Positions 48,225 through 62,177 of a DNA stretch of 64,000 bases are shown here, piece by piece. Origin of the DNA: Carcharhinus amblyrhynchos (lineage: Eukaryota); NCBI GenBank assembly GCA_965287045.1, contig OZ336883.1, forward strand, positions 45,694,001 to 45,758,000, given 5' to 3'. The notes beneath the pieces were generated by a model that was not told where the DNA came from, did no database searches, and saw nothing but the letters and a program-made list of their open reading frames with translations. The position numbers and the translations under genes are program-made. Position 1 is the first letter of the stretch. Every line of letters begins with the position of its first letter.

Positions 48225-48955
48225 TATAGATAGAGGACTGGTTAACTAACAGAGTGTAGAGAATAGCAAAAATGGGTCATTTTGGCATTGGCAAGCTGTA
48301 ACAAGTGATGTGCCGCAGGAATTGATGCAATGGCCACATCAATATCAATGTTTAGATGAAGGCCCTGAATGTAAGTTAGCAAAAAGTCCTGATAATAAAC
48401 AGATAAGGAGGGAAGTATGTTGCCAAAAGAATGTAAAGGCTGGAGTTCCCCTGTCCTGCCCACCTAGGGCTAGAAATTTCTGCCCAAATTTAGCAGATAT
48501 TTGGCTGGTCCATCAAATTTTCTGTTCCACCCACGCTGATTCCTGCTGCAGGCAGGACTGGAAAATCGCAGGCAAAAGGGCCGGCAGAAGCATTTTGATA
48601 GGCTGAGTGAGTGGGTAAAAAATTAGAGAATGGAATACTTTCACTTTTTCACAGAGGAATCTGAGTTTTTGCTACATGAATCACAAAAATGTTAGTATGC
48701 AGGTACAGCAAATGATTAGGAAGGGAAATGGAATGTTGGCATTTATTGTAAGGGCAATCATATATAAAAATAAAGAAGTGTTGCTACAGCTGTGCTGGGT
48801 CTTAGTGAGACTGCATGTGAAGTATTGTGCACAGCTTTGGTTTCCCGAAGGATATAACTTTATTAAAAGCAGTCCAGAGGAGGATTTGACTGACTCCTGG
48901 GATGAAGGAGATGTCTTACGAGAAAAGATTTAGCAGTTTGGGGCTATACTCTGTA
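48225..48955 (+). mobile_element. Decayed CR1 RT fragment with MITE insertion
   Basis: ORF 48676..48933 VQQMIRKGNGMLAFIVRAIIYKNKEVLLQL. Confidence 0.75.
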
Positions 48956-48957
48956 AT

Positions 48958-50780
48958 TTAGAAACAGAAATAGGAGCTGATGTAGGCCATTCAACCCTGC
49001 TCTACTATTTGTTATGATCACAGCTGAATATCCAACTCAATAACCTATTTCTGCTTTCCCCTATATCTTTTGATGCCTTTAGCCCCAAAAGATGTATCTA
49101 ACTCCTTTTTGAAGACATGCAATATTCTGGCTTCAACTGCTTTCTGTGGTGGTGAATTCCACTCTTTCAGTGAAGAAATTTCTCCTCATCTCAGCCCTAA
49201 ATGATTTACCCTGTGTCCTCACAACATGACCCCTCATTTTTGGACTCCCCTGCCATCAAGAATTTTCTTCCTACATTTAATCATGTTAGAATTTTATAGA
49301 TTATTATGAAATCCTTCCTCACTCTTCTAAACTTCTGTAAATATAATCCAAACTGATTCAATCTCTCCTCATGCATCAGTCCCACCATTCCAGGTCTGGT
49401 AAACATTTGATACACAATCTGCATAGCAAGAACATCCTTCTTCAGATCCTCAAATAAGGAGCCCAAAACTGCACACAATACTCCAGGTGTGGACTCACCA
49501 AGGCCCTGTATAATTGCAGCAAGGCATCACTAGTTCCTGCACTCGAATCCTCTCACTATGAAGGCCAATGTGCCACTTGCCTTCTTCACAACCCACTGCA
49601 CCTGCATGTTTACTTTCAGAAACTGGTGTACGAGGACACCCAGGTCTCCTAGCACATTACCTTCTCTCAATCTATAGTCGTACAGATAATAATCTGTCTT
49701 TCTGTTTTAGCTACCAAAGTGAATGATCTCACATTTATCCACATTGTAATGCATTTGTCATGTATTTGCCCACTCACTCAACTTGTCCATATGAAACATC
49801 TCTGCATCCTCCTCACAGCTCACTTTCTCTCCCAGCCTTTTGTCGTCTGCAAATCTAATGGAGCAAGTTTAGTTCCTTCATCTAAGTCATAAATATACAT
49901 TGTGAATAGCTTTGTCCTAGCATTGTTCCCTGCAGTACCCCACCAATCATTGCCTACCATTTGGAAAAAGATCTATTTACTGCTCTTTGTTTCCTGTCTA
50001 TCAATCAGTTTCCTCTGCGCCCCACACACTGCCCTTAATCCCATGCACTTTAATGTTACGTGCTAATCTCTTATTTGAGGCTTTGTTGAAAGCCTTTTGA
50101 AAGTTCAAATAAACCACATCCTCTGGTTCCCCCTAGTTCTAGTTGTACAACCCTGAAGAATTCTAGTAGTTTGTCAAGCAAGATTTTCTTTTCATAAATC
50201 CATGTTGACTCTATCATATTATGGCCACTCAAATCCACAAGGCTTCACACAACTGGATTGTCAATTATTCCTTTCTCATTACAGAATACCCAGTCTAGAA
50301 TGGCCTGTTCTCAACATATTGGTCCAGGAAACAATCCCATATACACTCCAGGAATTCCTCCTCTATGGTATTGTTACTAATTTGATTAGCCCAATCTATA
50401 TGCAGATTGATATCACCCATAATTACAGATGTTCCTTTAATGCATGCATCTCCAATTTCCTGTTTAATGCCATCTCCAAAATCACCACTATAGTTTGGAG
50501 GCCTATATACCATGCCCATTAATGCTTTTGAACCCTGGTGTTTCTTAGCTCAAACTGTATAGATTTGGCATCATTAGAGCTAATATCCTTTCTTGCCATA
50601 GCATTAATTTCTCCATTAACCAGCAATGCAACCTCACTGACTTCTACTTTTTGCCTGTTCTTCCTAAATGCCGAATACCCTGAATGTTCAGTTCCCATCC
50701 CCGCTCACTCTGCAGCCATGTCTCCATAATACCTGTTTACATCTATTTGCACAATTAATCCATCCACTTTATTGCAAATG
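48958..50780 (-). mobile_element. Decayed CR1 with internal deletion
   Basis: ORF 50295..50519 GMVYRPPN...IMGDIN..IDW; ORF 49281..49478; reverse 3' UTR. Confidence 0.85.
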
Positions 50781-50784
50781 CTCA

Positions 50785-51138
50785 TTGGACTAATAATCTA
50801 GAGACCTAGGGTAATGCTCTGGGGGCAAAGGTTTGAGTCCCACCACCGCAGATGGTGAAATGTGAATTCAATAAAATCTGAATTACAAGTCTAATGATGA
50901 CTATGAAATCATTGTTGATTGTCATAAAAACTGGCTCACTAATGTCCTTTAGGGAAGAGAATCTATTGTCCTTACCTAGCCTGGCCTACATGTGACTCTA
51001 GAGCTACACCAGTGATTGACTCTTAAATGCCATCTTAAATGGCCAAGCAAGTCACCCACTTCAAGGGCATTTAGGGATGGGCAACAAAATTGCTGGCCCA
51101 ACCAGTGACACCCACATCTCAAGAACAGATAAGAAAAA
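50785..51138 (+). mobile_element. Deu-SINE (SacSINE1-like)
   Basis: GGTTTGAGTCCCACC head, CTAATGTCCTTTAGGGAAG core, TAGGGATGGGCAACAAAA tail. Confidence 0.75.
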
Positions 51139-51294
51139 TGTAATAATTACTCACCTGGCCATACTCACCCAATTAGCTGTTTCCACTTGACCTGCATCAC
51201 TTTTGAATGCGGATGTTACCTCCAAACTCCAAGCAAACACTCAGATTTCTCATTGCACTGTCATGGCATTTTCCTGTGAGATCACTCTTTTGAG

Positions 51295-51685
51295 AATGAG
51301 AGATGACCTTATTGAAACAAATTATACTGAGGGGACATGACATGATGATGCTAAAGGGATGTTTCCCCTGGTGAGGGAGTTGAGAAAAGCTTGAAAATTT
51401 AAGGATCACCAATTTAAGATTGAGATCAGGAGAATTTATTTTCTCCCAATGGAGTCATTGAACGATGGAATTCTATTTGCCAGAGAACAGTGCAAGCTGG
51501 GCCATTGAGGATATTCAAGGCTGAGTTAGATAGATTTTTGAACAACAAGGGAGTCGAGGGTTATGAAGAGGACAGGAAAGTGGAGTTAAGGCCATAATCA
51601 AATCAGCCTTGCTCTTAACTAATGGTGGAGCAGACTCAAAGAGCCAAACAACTTACTTCTGCGCCTAATTCTTGTGTTCACATGC
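51295..51685 (+). mobile_element. Old CR1 3' end
   Basis: GATGACCTTATTGAAACA...TTCAAGGCTGAGTTAGATAGATTTTTG and 3' UTR. Confidence 0.75.
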
Positions 51686-54317
51686 CAGGGCAACAAGGGG
51701 AAGCAGTTTTAAAATGGCGCAGTGCAGATACCTTGCTGTTGTAGAGTAAAGAGTTAACATCAGTAGTGTCCATGATGCTAAAGTCATCATGATCTCAGAT
51801 CACTTGACTGAGGAGGAGAACTTTGACAGAATTTTACTGTCTCCCCAAGGTGAGTTCTAATGCGGGGGTGGAGGGGTGGGTGAGTATAAAATTGAATGGA
51901 CAGAACTCCCTCTGGGAACACACACACCCAAACCCATCCATTCTCCTACTAAGACCTTCATTGCTTAATTGCCACTTAATCCCACCCAACCTCAATTTTT
52001 AGATTGGTGGGAGGTGGGTACAAGGGAGGGTGGTAGATGGACATTTCCACTTTTCCCAACTGCAGCAGGGAAACGGGGGTGTCAGGGAGTGACGACCCAC
52101 TTTATGTCTCCCTCAGAAGTGGGATGCTAACCCTCAGGATGTTGGCATTTCAGGTCCCCCTTCCCCTGGCCTACCCCCACTGCTGCAATGGCACCCCTCC
52201 TCCCAATCCTCCCAGGTGTCCCCTACCCTTCTGCCTCTGAGATTTCCAGAACTTACCATTTCTAAGCTCCTAGAACATGAACCCAGGCACAGTGTGCAAT
52301 ATCACTTCTGGCCACTGCAGCCACTGTTAGCCAATCTGATTGGCCGTCTACTGTGAATCAATGCTCAATTGAGTGTGAAATGGCAATGGGAGTTTGAAAG
52401 TCAGTAGTTGCACTTCGAGTGCTGACTCTTGGGTGGTGAGTGCCAATCGCTCGCTATCCTCAAAATTCTACCTCTTGTGCAGAGGTCCAAATGTGTAAGT
52501 ACCAGATGTGAAAAGAGAGCAATGGTTTGAAGGACCAAGCTGTGGACTCAGGAAGGATAACGCCCTGAGCACACAACAAAACAGTTGCCAGAGTTGCAGA
52601 CAGAAAGAAGAAATTTCATGAATTTTAGTATGAACATATGATCCTCTCTATTTCTTAAATACAGATTAGGTGACCATTTTAGGTGACCATTCTGTTGCAA
52701 GTATGATGCCAAGTCACCTCAGGCACTTTAAGTTAACGACTCTGCCCATTCTCATTCTCTATTATTGGTGTTTGATACTATTCCAGTAAAACTCAATGCA
52801 AGTTTGAGGAATGCTAGGGAAAAGTTTTATCTGCTGAGGGGTGGACACTGAAATGCCAGCCACCCGACTGATGGCATTAACGAGAAACCCAACCGATTAT
52901 GTTTGTATTCTTACAATGGAGCCACTGGCGCATGAATACCAACTAATGGAATGAAATTCATGTGATGACTTTGTTGAACCAAACTCTAAGAAAGATCTTC
53001 AATGGGAGATGAGCATCTCTGTGGTCTGATGGAGGGGACAATAGTGGGTAGGAAGACTTTTTCAATATTTATGTTCCTCTTGCCTCAGGAAAGAACTGCT
53101 TTCTGTTATCTTTATGGCATACTCTGCAGTGGTTCTTTTAGGGACTTCTGGTTCCTGGGGAACCCATATGGACAGTTTAGATTCCCACAACACCCACCAA
53201 CCACCCAATCTACCAATCAGTACTATGATTGAGCTAACTGAATAGAGGTTGTCAGATTAACCTTTGCTCCATCTTAGATAAATTGCACTTACAGAAGCTT
53301 GTCAAATCTGTGCAGTATGCCGGCAGGCATTTTCCACTCTGATAAATCTCACAGATGCTTTCTCCATCCAATTTTATCACTATTTTGCTCACTGAGATTT
53401 GCACGTGACATTCCCTCAACAGTTGCACCCCCGCAGTCATAGTGACAATCATCTAGCAAATGTACCATTGGAAATGCTCTGAACAGAAGTGGCAGGAGGT
53501 GCATCTTGTTGTCATTCTGTATGTACAAACGTACCAAATTAATAGGCAGCCAGGGTCCCACAAATTGGGAATGCTCATACATCTCATTAATAAGATTTCA
53601 TTTATGTGAGTGCTAATTATACGGGGAAGGAATTTTATGATGCATTCAATTCAAACTCTGTGCTGCTGGTGGGAAAGAAGAAACTAGGTCACTGATTACA
53701 AATGAAAACATCTCGCATGATTTAACAAGACTTGATTAGACGTGTATTAATTGCTCAGTAACTGATCACTCGCGAGAGGAATTTTATCGCATTGCTAAAC
53801 CCAATCCTCAGCACGAATCAATAACCAATGCACAGCTAAGTGGTGAAAAGTTAGTTAGGGAGAGTAACACTGTGGCAAACAAAATAATTCGACTGGTGTC
53901 CATTGTGATGAATATATCGTCAGGAGAGATCCTGGGTTATCAATGAACTTGAGCAGCAGGAAGGTGGAGATGGTAGTTTTTAGCCACTAGCTCATTCTGC
54001 AGAGTGTAAAAAGCAAAAACTGACAGGGAGGCAAACACCTTATAACAGAAATAAAACAGGAAGTGCAAGAAAAACTCAGCCAGCCGAGTTTTCCAGTCCT
54101 ACCCTTCCCGGCACCAGAAAATTCTACCTGAGGTCAACAGACCTTTGCTTGTCTGTCGAACCCCGCCCTGCCCACAATGATTTCCGCATCACGTGCGACC
54201 AGAAGATTTTGGCCAAAAGGCCGGGTAGCATCTGTGAAGAGAGAAACAGAGTTAATTCCAGAGTCCAACTTGACTATTCTTCCTCCTGAGGATGCTTAAT
54301 GCTTGTTCAAAGTTTTA

Positions 54318-54594
54318 AAGTTGATTTATTATTGTCAAAAGTACATTGCAATGAAGTTACTGTGAAAATCCCCAAGATGTCACATTCTAGCACCTATTCG
54401 GATACACTGAGGGAGAATTTAGCATAGCGAATGCATCTAAGCTCCTGTGGGAGGAAATCGGAGCACACAGAGGGAACCCACACAGACAAGGGGAGAACTT
54501 GCAAATTCTGCAAAGACAGTGATCCAAGCTGGGAATTGAACCTGGGTCCCTGGCGCCATGAGGCAGCAGTGCTAAACAATTGCCACCATGCTTA
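54318..54594 (-). mobile_element. V-SINE with Rex1-like tail
   Basis: Reverse of the 44451-44746 type; another partial copy at about 59180-59410 (+). Confidence 0.8.
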
Positions 54595-57272
54595 GGCAGC
54601 AAAGATACAAATCTAGTGCTTGGTGTCAGTGCAGAGATTCTGATGCTCTCCTTTAGAGGCCGTGTAATTCTATGCCTCTGAAGGGATGTGTACCATGGGT
54701 AAACTAAAGTTTCTATCAGCACGTATGTTGAGCCTGCATTTCAATTCTGGCAGTGGAGAGATAAGCTCTCACCAGACTATAAAAATCTTCAGTATGACTC
54801 AGACATTTGAGGTTTTGGCCTGATATTCAAAGGAGCTAACAGTTGGAATGAGAGTGTGACAAATGCAACTTTTGAACAATTGTGCTTAACAATATTTATG
54901 CATAGCACAGCCCTGCTGTTGCTAAATTCATTCTGAAGGCTAAAGGAAGCCAATTATGTAATAGTGGAACTGTCACATATTAGTGTACTACTTTCCACAG
55001 AAGTGGTTCTGTGATATATCCAGGGAATAAGACACCAAAACATAAACTATGTTCAGCCCTTTGTTTTTCATCGTTGTTTCTTCCAATGTTTCCAGTATTG
55101 GCACTTAATGTCAAGTCTAGTTATTGACACTTTTGTATTACTGTTTTGCATTTACAATCCCTTAAAAAAATGTTTTGTACAAGCTATGCATGAGAGAATT
55201 CAAAAATTGAGGTTTTTTTCAGAGTTTCATGCCTCTACTTAAACAACAAAGACCCAAAAATCCACATAGGATAAGACTGCAGTAACAATTTCTGTCATGT
55301 ACTCCACTGAAGTTTGCAAGACCAGAGAACGGTGCTGTTGATGTTGTGAAGGAGAGTTAGCAGAGTGCCCATATCAAAGGCAGAGTAGCTCAGGGGAGTG
55401 GGAGGTGTGTGTGAATCACCACTTCTCCCCAAAATCCCCTCCGCCCACCCACCCCAACCTTCCATATCCACATCACAATGGTTGGTGATCTCAGTGACCT
55501 ATGTGGTTTATACAAAAAATGGAGCTTTCAAACAAAAAATCTGCCTTGATTTTTTAGAGTTTTAGGCTGATGATATCTGGATAACCTCTTCTGGAGGCTA
55601 TCAAAAATGAGTTGAGTTGCCACAGTCCTTTGAGGCTAAGGAATTTTTATGTCAGAGTTCATTTTGTTGTCCATTACAAATTGCCCTTTAGAAGGTCGTG
55701 GTGAGCTATCCCCTTGAACGATTGTAGTCTTTCACATGCAGGTACACCAACAGTGTAATTATTGTAAATGTCCTAACTATGTTCAGGGTTGTGGGTTTTT
55801 AAAAAAAGAAAAAGTAATTTGTCCATGTAGATTTAAAGTGACACACAACAGGTTTATTGAACGGTTGTTCTTTGTCTAGGGTACAAATTGAAACTAAAAG
55901 CAGGAGTCTCTCAAGTATCGCAGTGACATCACCATCACATCATGTGACCAACTCTTAAAGCAATCATGCAGCTATTTAAATATATAACATCACTCCCCCT
56001 TTACTTCCATGGTCAAAGCAACAAATTACTATGATTTTATACGCAGGTCAATAATAATTCTTCAGTTTGAACTGCATAAGAAATTGGATCTGTTTTGCTA
56101 AAACTATGGCTGGAACCCATTTCTTACTCTGGACACAATACTATGCACCATTATTCTTTATACACAGTCAATGAGAAAATCAATCAGCAGGACACCTATT
56201 CTGCTTTGGTTGAATATGACATTCTGGAATTTGACTGTCCCTAGAGGTATGTTTTGGAAATTCAGGAGACACTTCTTCCCTTGGAAATAATTTGGCATCA
56301 TTTGAGTAGAAGCTTAGAAATGATCATCAGGGAACTCAGATTCAACTAAGTATTCTGAAGAAGTAATCACAGCACGAGGGACTAAAGGAGTTAATAATTT
56401 TGGAGATGATTCTGAGAAACCATTCTGAGACGATAACAATTGACCAGCATGGCATTACCAGAATAATTCTTCAGTTTGAATTGTATAAGAAATTGGACTT
56501 GTTTTGCTAAAACTATGGTTGGAACCCATTTCTTACTCATGGCATAATTATGCATTTACACTGATCTCTTGTTGAAATGAGCTTTGTTTTGTCCTCACGT
56601 ATCATCGAGCAACTTGAGATTGTTGTTGATGCTCTACTATCTCTGAAGATTCTGGATGTAATAACAAATCAAATATAGTTCTCAACTTTATCTGTAAGAG
56701 TAGTAATGCAGATGAACTTTGTATAGTTGCATGAGTAGAGCTTCCATAAGATGCCAAAAAGATATTCACATGAGCTGATAATATACCATGCTGTTTTGAA
56801 GCATTGAAATAATTTTTCAAGGATTGAACAATTCTTTCAGCTAGTCCATTGGTTGATAAATGATAAGGAGCAGATTTTATATGCTGAATACCATTTACTT
56901 GGAGATAATCCTCAAATTCTTGTGAAGTAAACAGTGAACCACTATTGCTAACAATTGGATTTGGTTTAGCAAATCTTGTAAAGATTTTGTCAAATTTTTC
57001 AATGGTTTGTTCAGTTGTACTAGATCTCATAATAACAACTTCTGGCCACCGTGAGTGTGCATCAGTTAAGATTAAGAACATGTAACCATCAAGAGGACCA
57101 GCAAAAGCTACATGCAATTATTCCTATGGCATTTTAGGCCAATCACATGGATACAAAGGTGACAATGGTGGGGTATTTCTTATTTGTGCACAAGTTGACA
57201 CTGTCCCACTTTATTTTCAATTCTGACCACCCAGACCCGGCCACCAAAAATAACTATGTGTTAATTCCTTCA

Positions 57273-57456
57273 GTAATCTCTAAACTGTCTGTGTTTTATA
57301 TGCTCTGTCTGAGGCCAGAACTCTCCATTCACCTGACGAAGGGGCTAACCCCGAAAGCTTGTGAGTCTATTATCAAATAAATCGGTTGGACTAAAACCTG
57401 GTGTTGTCAGACTTTTTACTGTGTTTACGCCAGTCCAATTCCGGCATTCCCACATC
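57273..57456 (+). mobile_element. Single-arm Penelope-like insertion in Gypsy integrase
   Basis: 12-bp TSD TTAATTCCTTCA (57261-57272, 57457-57468); full 3' extension ending CCGGCATTCCCACATC. Confidence 0.9.
57329..57364 (+). ncRNA. Minimal type I hammerhead ribozyme motif
   Basis: UCAC CUGACGA A GGGG CUAA CCCC GAAA GCUU GUGA: 4-bp stem I, 4-bp stem II, palindromic AAGCUU. Confidence 0.8.
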
Positions 57457-60400
57457 TTAATTCCTTCATTCAGATTATACCAAGATATCATTCATGTAAT
57501 TGTTCAAGAACTCTTTCACATAGACGAGGAGGAATAATGACTTGGATTCTCTACAATTGTGACCTACCTTGAACAGTTAGGTCAAACCTTCTTGAGACAT
57601 ATGGTTTCAAATTAGAGTTCATGCAATGCAATCCAGCTATTCTTCCTTTCAATGCCATATTCATCAAAGGATCATTTCCAGTAGGTCACTGAAGTTGAAA
57701 AGTTGACAAATGATCTGTTTATGACAAATGAAGAATATTAGCAAGACTAGTTAGTTGTATCTGCTCAATACGTAAAGATAAGCATGATAATGCATGGCAC
57801 TCTGATTGATGATATATGATTGTAACAGTGTGCCAATAAGACCAGTGACTATCTTTGCAATATGCTAGCAGATAATGACAGTACGCCCTTATACAGCTCA
57901 AAAATAGTAAAGGGTCGATGGTCAATCAATAATGGGAAATGATGACCATATAAATTATCATGAAACTTCTGTACAACAAAAATTATACTTAATTCTTCTT
58001 TTTGTAGCTGAGCATGGATTCAGCACTAGTCAGGGTATGCAAAGCAAATTCGTTCTTCTCGCGAAGTCATAATATGTAGACTATTGCCCCCTGTACCACA
58101 AGCAAGCAGTAATGGTAGCTTTGGAATAAAATGAACCAATAACGGATTCATTTGCAAAGCATCTTTGACAGCCTTGCATGTTTTCTCAAAATCTGTTCTC
58201 TGACTGTGTCACACTTTGCACATTCTGCAATTGCTTCAATAAAGCAGCTAAGTTAGGAGCAGATTAAGTGGATTGGCCATGCTAACTTACCCCTTTGTGT
58301 CCAAAGGCGTGTAGGTTAGATGGATTAGCCATGGTGTATATACAAGGTGACTGGGAAGAGGTGGGTGAGTGGATGGGCCTCCTTTGAGGTGTTCTTTTGG
58401 AGAGTTGATGCAGACTTGATGGGCCAAATTGCCTCCTTATGCACTGTAGGGGGTCTCTGACTTCCATGCACCTGCTGCCCTTGTCTTTCTAGATGTTACT
58501 GATCAAGAGTTTGAGAGTTGCTTGGCAAGCTACAGTGGAGTATACACTATCAGGTTCACATTGCTGTTATTGTATACCGCTGGTGGAGAGAGTGAAATTT
58601 TAAGGTGATGGTTAGAGTACTGATTGAGAGGGTTACTAGCAGTCATGGATGTTGTTGAGCTTTAGTGCAGGGAGGGTTTGAGTATGATAGGGAAGGTTAG
58701 GGAATGGCAGGGGGTGGTGGGTTTAAGGCAGCAAGTAGGTAGGACGAAAAGTAAGGATTGTTCTATCATCGAGGGACTGATCCCCGATCTGCATTGGGCA
58801 ACTTCTGAAGAATAAACCACAACCCTTTCTTCAAGCCACTTGAGGAATTTGTTTTAAAAATTGGCTGCCCACTTGTTGGAGCCTCATTAAGGTGTGAAAA
58901 TTATTCTATTACATTTAGTTGCGATTTGCAGGTGGCAGACTGGCTCAGGGTATTCAGGAAGTGAGTTACTTGCTGCAGAATTCTCAGCCTCTGATCTGCT
59001 TGTGTGACCAATGGATTTATATTTTCTCATCTATTTACCCTTTTGAACACTGATAATCCCCAGGATGTTGGTGATCCATTGATGGCAATATTGTTGCATG
59101 TAAAGGGAAAATGTTTAGATTCCCTCCTGTCGGGGGTGGCCATTGTCTGACACTAGTGTGATGCAGAAGTTACTTACATAGTGGCAGAGTGGTTAGCAAT
59201 GCTGTCTCATAGCATCAGGGACCAGAGCCCGATTCCCAATTTGGGCCACTGTCAGTGTGGAGTCTGCACATTCTTCCATGTCTGCATGGGTTTCCTTCAG
59301 GTGCTCCAGTTTCTTCCAATAGTCTCAAAGATGTGATGGTTAGGTGCATTAGTCATGCTGAATTCTCCCTCAGTGTACCTGAACAGGCACTGGTGGCGAC
59401 AAGAGGATTCCCTTTTCAATCAGGAATGGCTATAAACCCATTCTCAGGCACTTCTCAGTCCTTAACAGCAGTTGCTTTCATGTTTCTTAGAGACTGGGAT
59501 ATCTTACTTTCTTTAAAGTATTACAAGAGTGCCAACTGATGTTTCATTACGTCTTGCTGTAATCAGTACTGTTGACTAATGAATCAGTTGGCACTGGCTG
59601 GCATGTTCAAGGCTGTTCTCATTGCATGCAGCATTAAGCAAAGTTTTCATAATTGATTTTGGAAGAAAGCATGAAAATCCTCTTCTTCATCCCACAGACT
59701 TACACGCACTAGAGGTGTTCTAATTCTTTCATGCTCTGATTTGTATGTTGTTGCAACACCAACAATTATCTTGCTTCATACAGCATTTGTTGTGGATTTT
59801 GGAAAAGCACAGCGGAGCCCCTGTCATGTACCTGTATATTATCGGTGAGAATTAACCTCAGATTTTCACATGTCACGCAGGCGGGCCCTGAGACGATCTT
59901 CAACCCAAAGACTGGAACATTTTAGTTCCCTGACTTCACCTACAATCTCAAGCCCAAACTTAGTCAGAAGCAGCATCTGACTGTTGTTTAGAACTGGAAT
60001 GGCAGATGGCAAAGACCTCCAACACACACTGAAGGAACTGTTCCTGACACAGGCGCTGTTGTGGAAGAGTGTCCATTTGGCAGTGCCAATGTGACATGAC
60101 CACATTGGGACTGTTAGTGTGCCTGTTGGCACTACCAGGTTGGCATTGCCTGGTGAGCACTGCTCAGCCGTGTCCTGACCACCTGGGGACTTCAATCACC
60201 TCTGAACTTGCTGACACGCCACCTCCCCCCTTCCCCACCCCCCCCACACCCTTCCCGAGCATGCTCCTCCCCCTCCTTCTGTGGAGACCAGTAGTAATTC
60301 TTGCCAGGTTCCTGTTGCACCCAAGGATTGGAGAGTTGCGGGAGTGGGAGCAGGACAATCCGGCTTCAAATGGATCTGCATATTTATGTAAAGGTGCGGT

Positions 60401-61631
60401 GGCTGAAAGGATCACAATGGGGTTTTGCACAAGCGCTGAACATGCAAGAACCCTTGTCCATGATTCTCCACATCGCTCCACCCCAACATGATCTGCACCA
60501 GGTGCAAGGTGGCTGGAAAGTCATGGCCTGAGTTTCTGTCAACCAAATGGAGTCAGATTTTTCAAACAGATCCACAAGCCAATGACAACCTCATAAGGCC
60601 ACCACTACACTTCATGATTTGCATGGGAGAGGGGTCCTGTGGGAAGGAGGAAAGTGGCCAGTTGGGGTATGTGAGTTTTTTATATCCTAAGTCCATACAA
60701 TGGAGCCTGGTCTCCTGTTGCCGAGATCTTCTTGTCGCTAGACCAGGATCTTCCTCTGTGAAGCCCATATAGTGGTGAGTGTGCAATGGCCACCCCACAT
60801 TAAAAGAACTCACATAAAGATATATTCCACTCCTTAAAATGAAGTTTTGGTCTTGAAACATCAGGACCGTCATGGACAATCCCAACATCAACAGACTGGA
60901 ACAGCGTATTGTTATCATTGCCTGAGAGGTCAGGCGTATTGACATTGACATTGCCACCTTAAGCAAGACCCTAAGTAGGGGATGATCAGCTCAAGGAAAT
61001 AAGTGTTAATAACACCTTGTTCTGCGAAGGTAAACCTGAAGATGGTCGCCACCTTCACAGAGTTGGCTTCACCATTAAAAACAAACTAGTTGGCCATTTC
61101 AGAGACCCCCTTGTGAGATAAATAAACATCCCCCAGCCCAGAATCAGTGCACTATAGTCCCGGCCCCCATGCCCAACTTTGGAAGCCGCAGACAAGATCA
61201 AAGAGGAATTTTATTCCAGCCTTGAACAGCCCTTGGTCCAAGTCTCAACGGGTGACAAATTGATTCTCCTAGGTGACTTCAATGCCAGTGTTGGAAAGGA
61301 CACAGACCTTTGGGGAAGTGTAATTGGCACAGAGAGGGTTGGGATATACAACACAAATAGTACCCTGTTCCTGACAAAATGCCTAGAACGCGGCCTTGTC
61401 ATAACCAACACCTTGTTCTCAGAGAAACCAGTGCAAGGCCTCATGGAAACACTCCCACTCAAGAACTGGCACTTACTTGGCTAGTCATCATTCGAATGAG
61501 GGATTGCAAACACATACTTATCACCTGCGTCATGACAGGAGCCACAACTGCTGGATCAACCACCACCTAATCCACTCTGTGATCAACATCAATGTAGGCC
61601 CAGAGCAGTGATGAAACAGTGCCTGAAAAGA

Positions 61632-62177
61632 GAGCAGTTCTGGTCACCCTATTATAGAAGGGATATTATTAAACTAGAAAGAGTGCAGAAAAGATTTACT
61701 AGTATGCCACCAGGACTTGATGACTGAGTTATAAGGAGAGGCTGGATAGACTGGGACTTTTTTCTCTGGAGCGTAAGAGGCTGAGGGGCGATTTTATAGA
61801 GATCTATAAAATAATGAGGGGCACAGATCAACTAGATAGTCAATATATTTTCCCAAAGGTAGGGGAGCCTAAAACTAGAGGGCATAGATTTAAGGTGAGA
61901 GGGGAGAGATACAAAAATGTCCAGAGGGGCAATTGTTTCACAGAGGGTGGTGAGTGTCTGGAACGAGCTGCCAGAGGTAGTAGTAGAGGGGGTACAATTT
62001 TGTCTTTTAAAAAGCATTTAAACAGTTACATGGGTACAGTGGGTATAGAGGGATATGAGCCAAATGTGGGCAATTGGGATTAGCTTAGGGGTATAAAAAA
62101 TAAGGGCGGCATGGACAAGTTGGGCTGAAGGGCTTGTTTCCATGCTGTAAATCTCTATGATTCCATGACTCTATGAC
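61632..62177 (+). mobile_element. CR1 3' end inserted in RTE
   Basis: ORF 61814..62083 KTRGHRFKVRGERY; CTCTATGA-type tail. Confidence 0.9.

Larger units (their letters stand above)
55763..58240 (-). mobile_element. Gypsy/Ty3 remnant (RNase H, integrase, PPT, 3' LTR)
   Basis: ORF 56602..57117 HVAFAGPLDGYMFLILTDAHSRWPEV...SAPYHLSTNGLAERIVQSLK; reverse PPT CTCCCCCTTT near 55993; LTR about 55763-55989. Confidence 0.85.
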
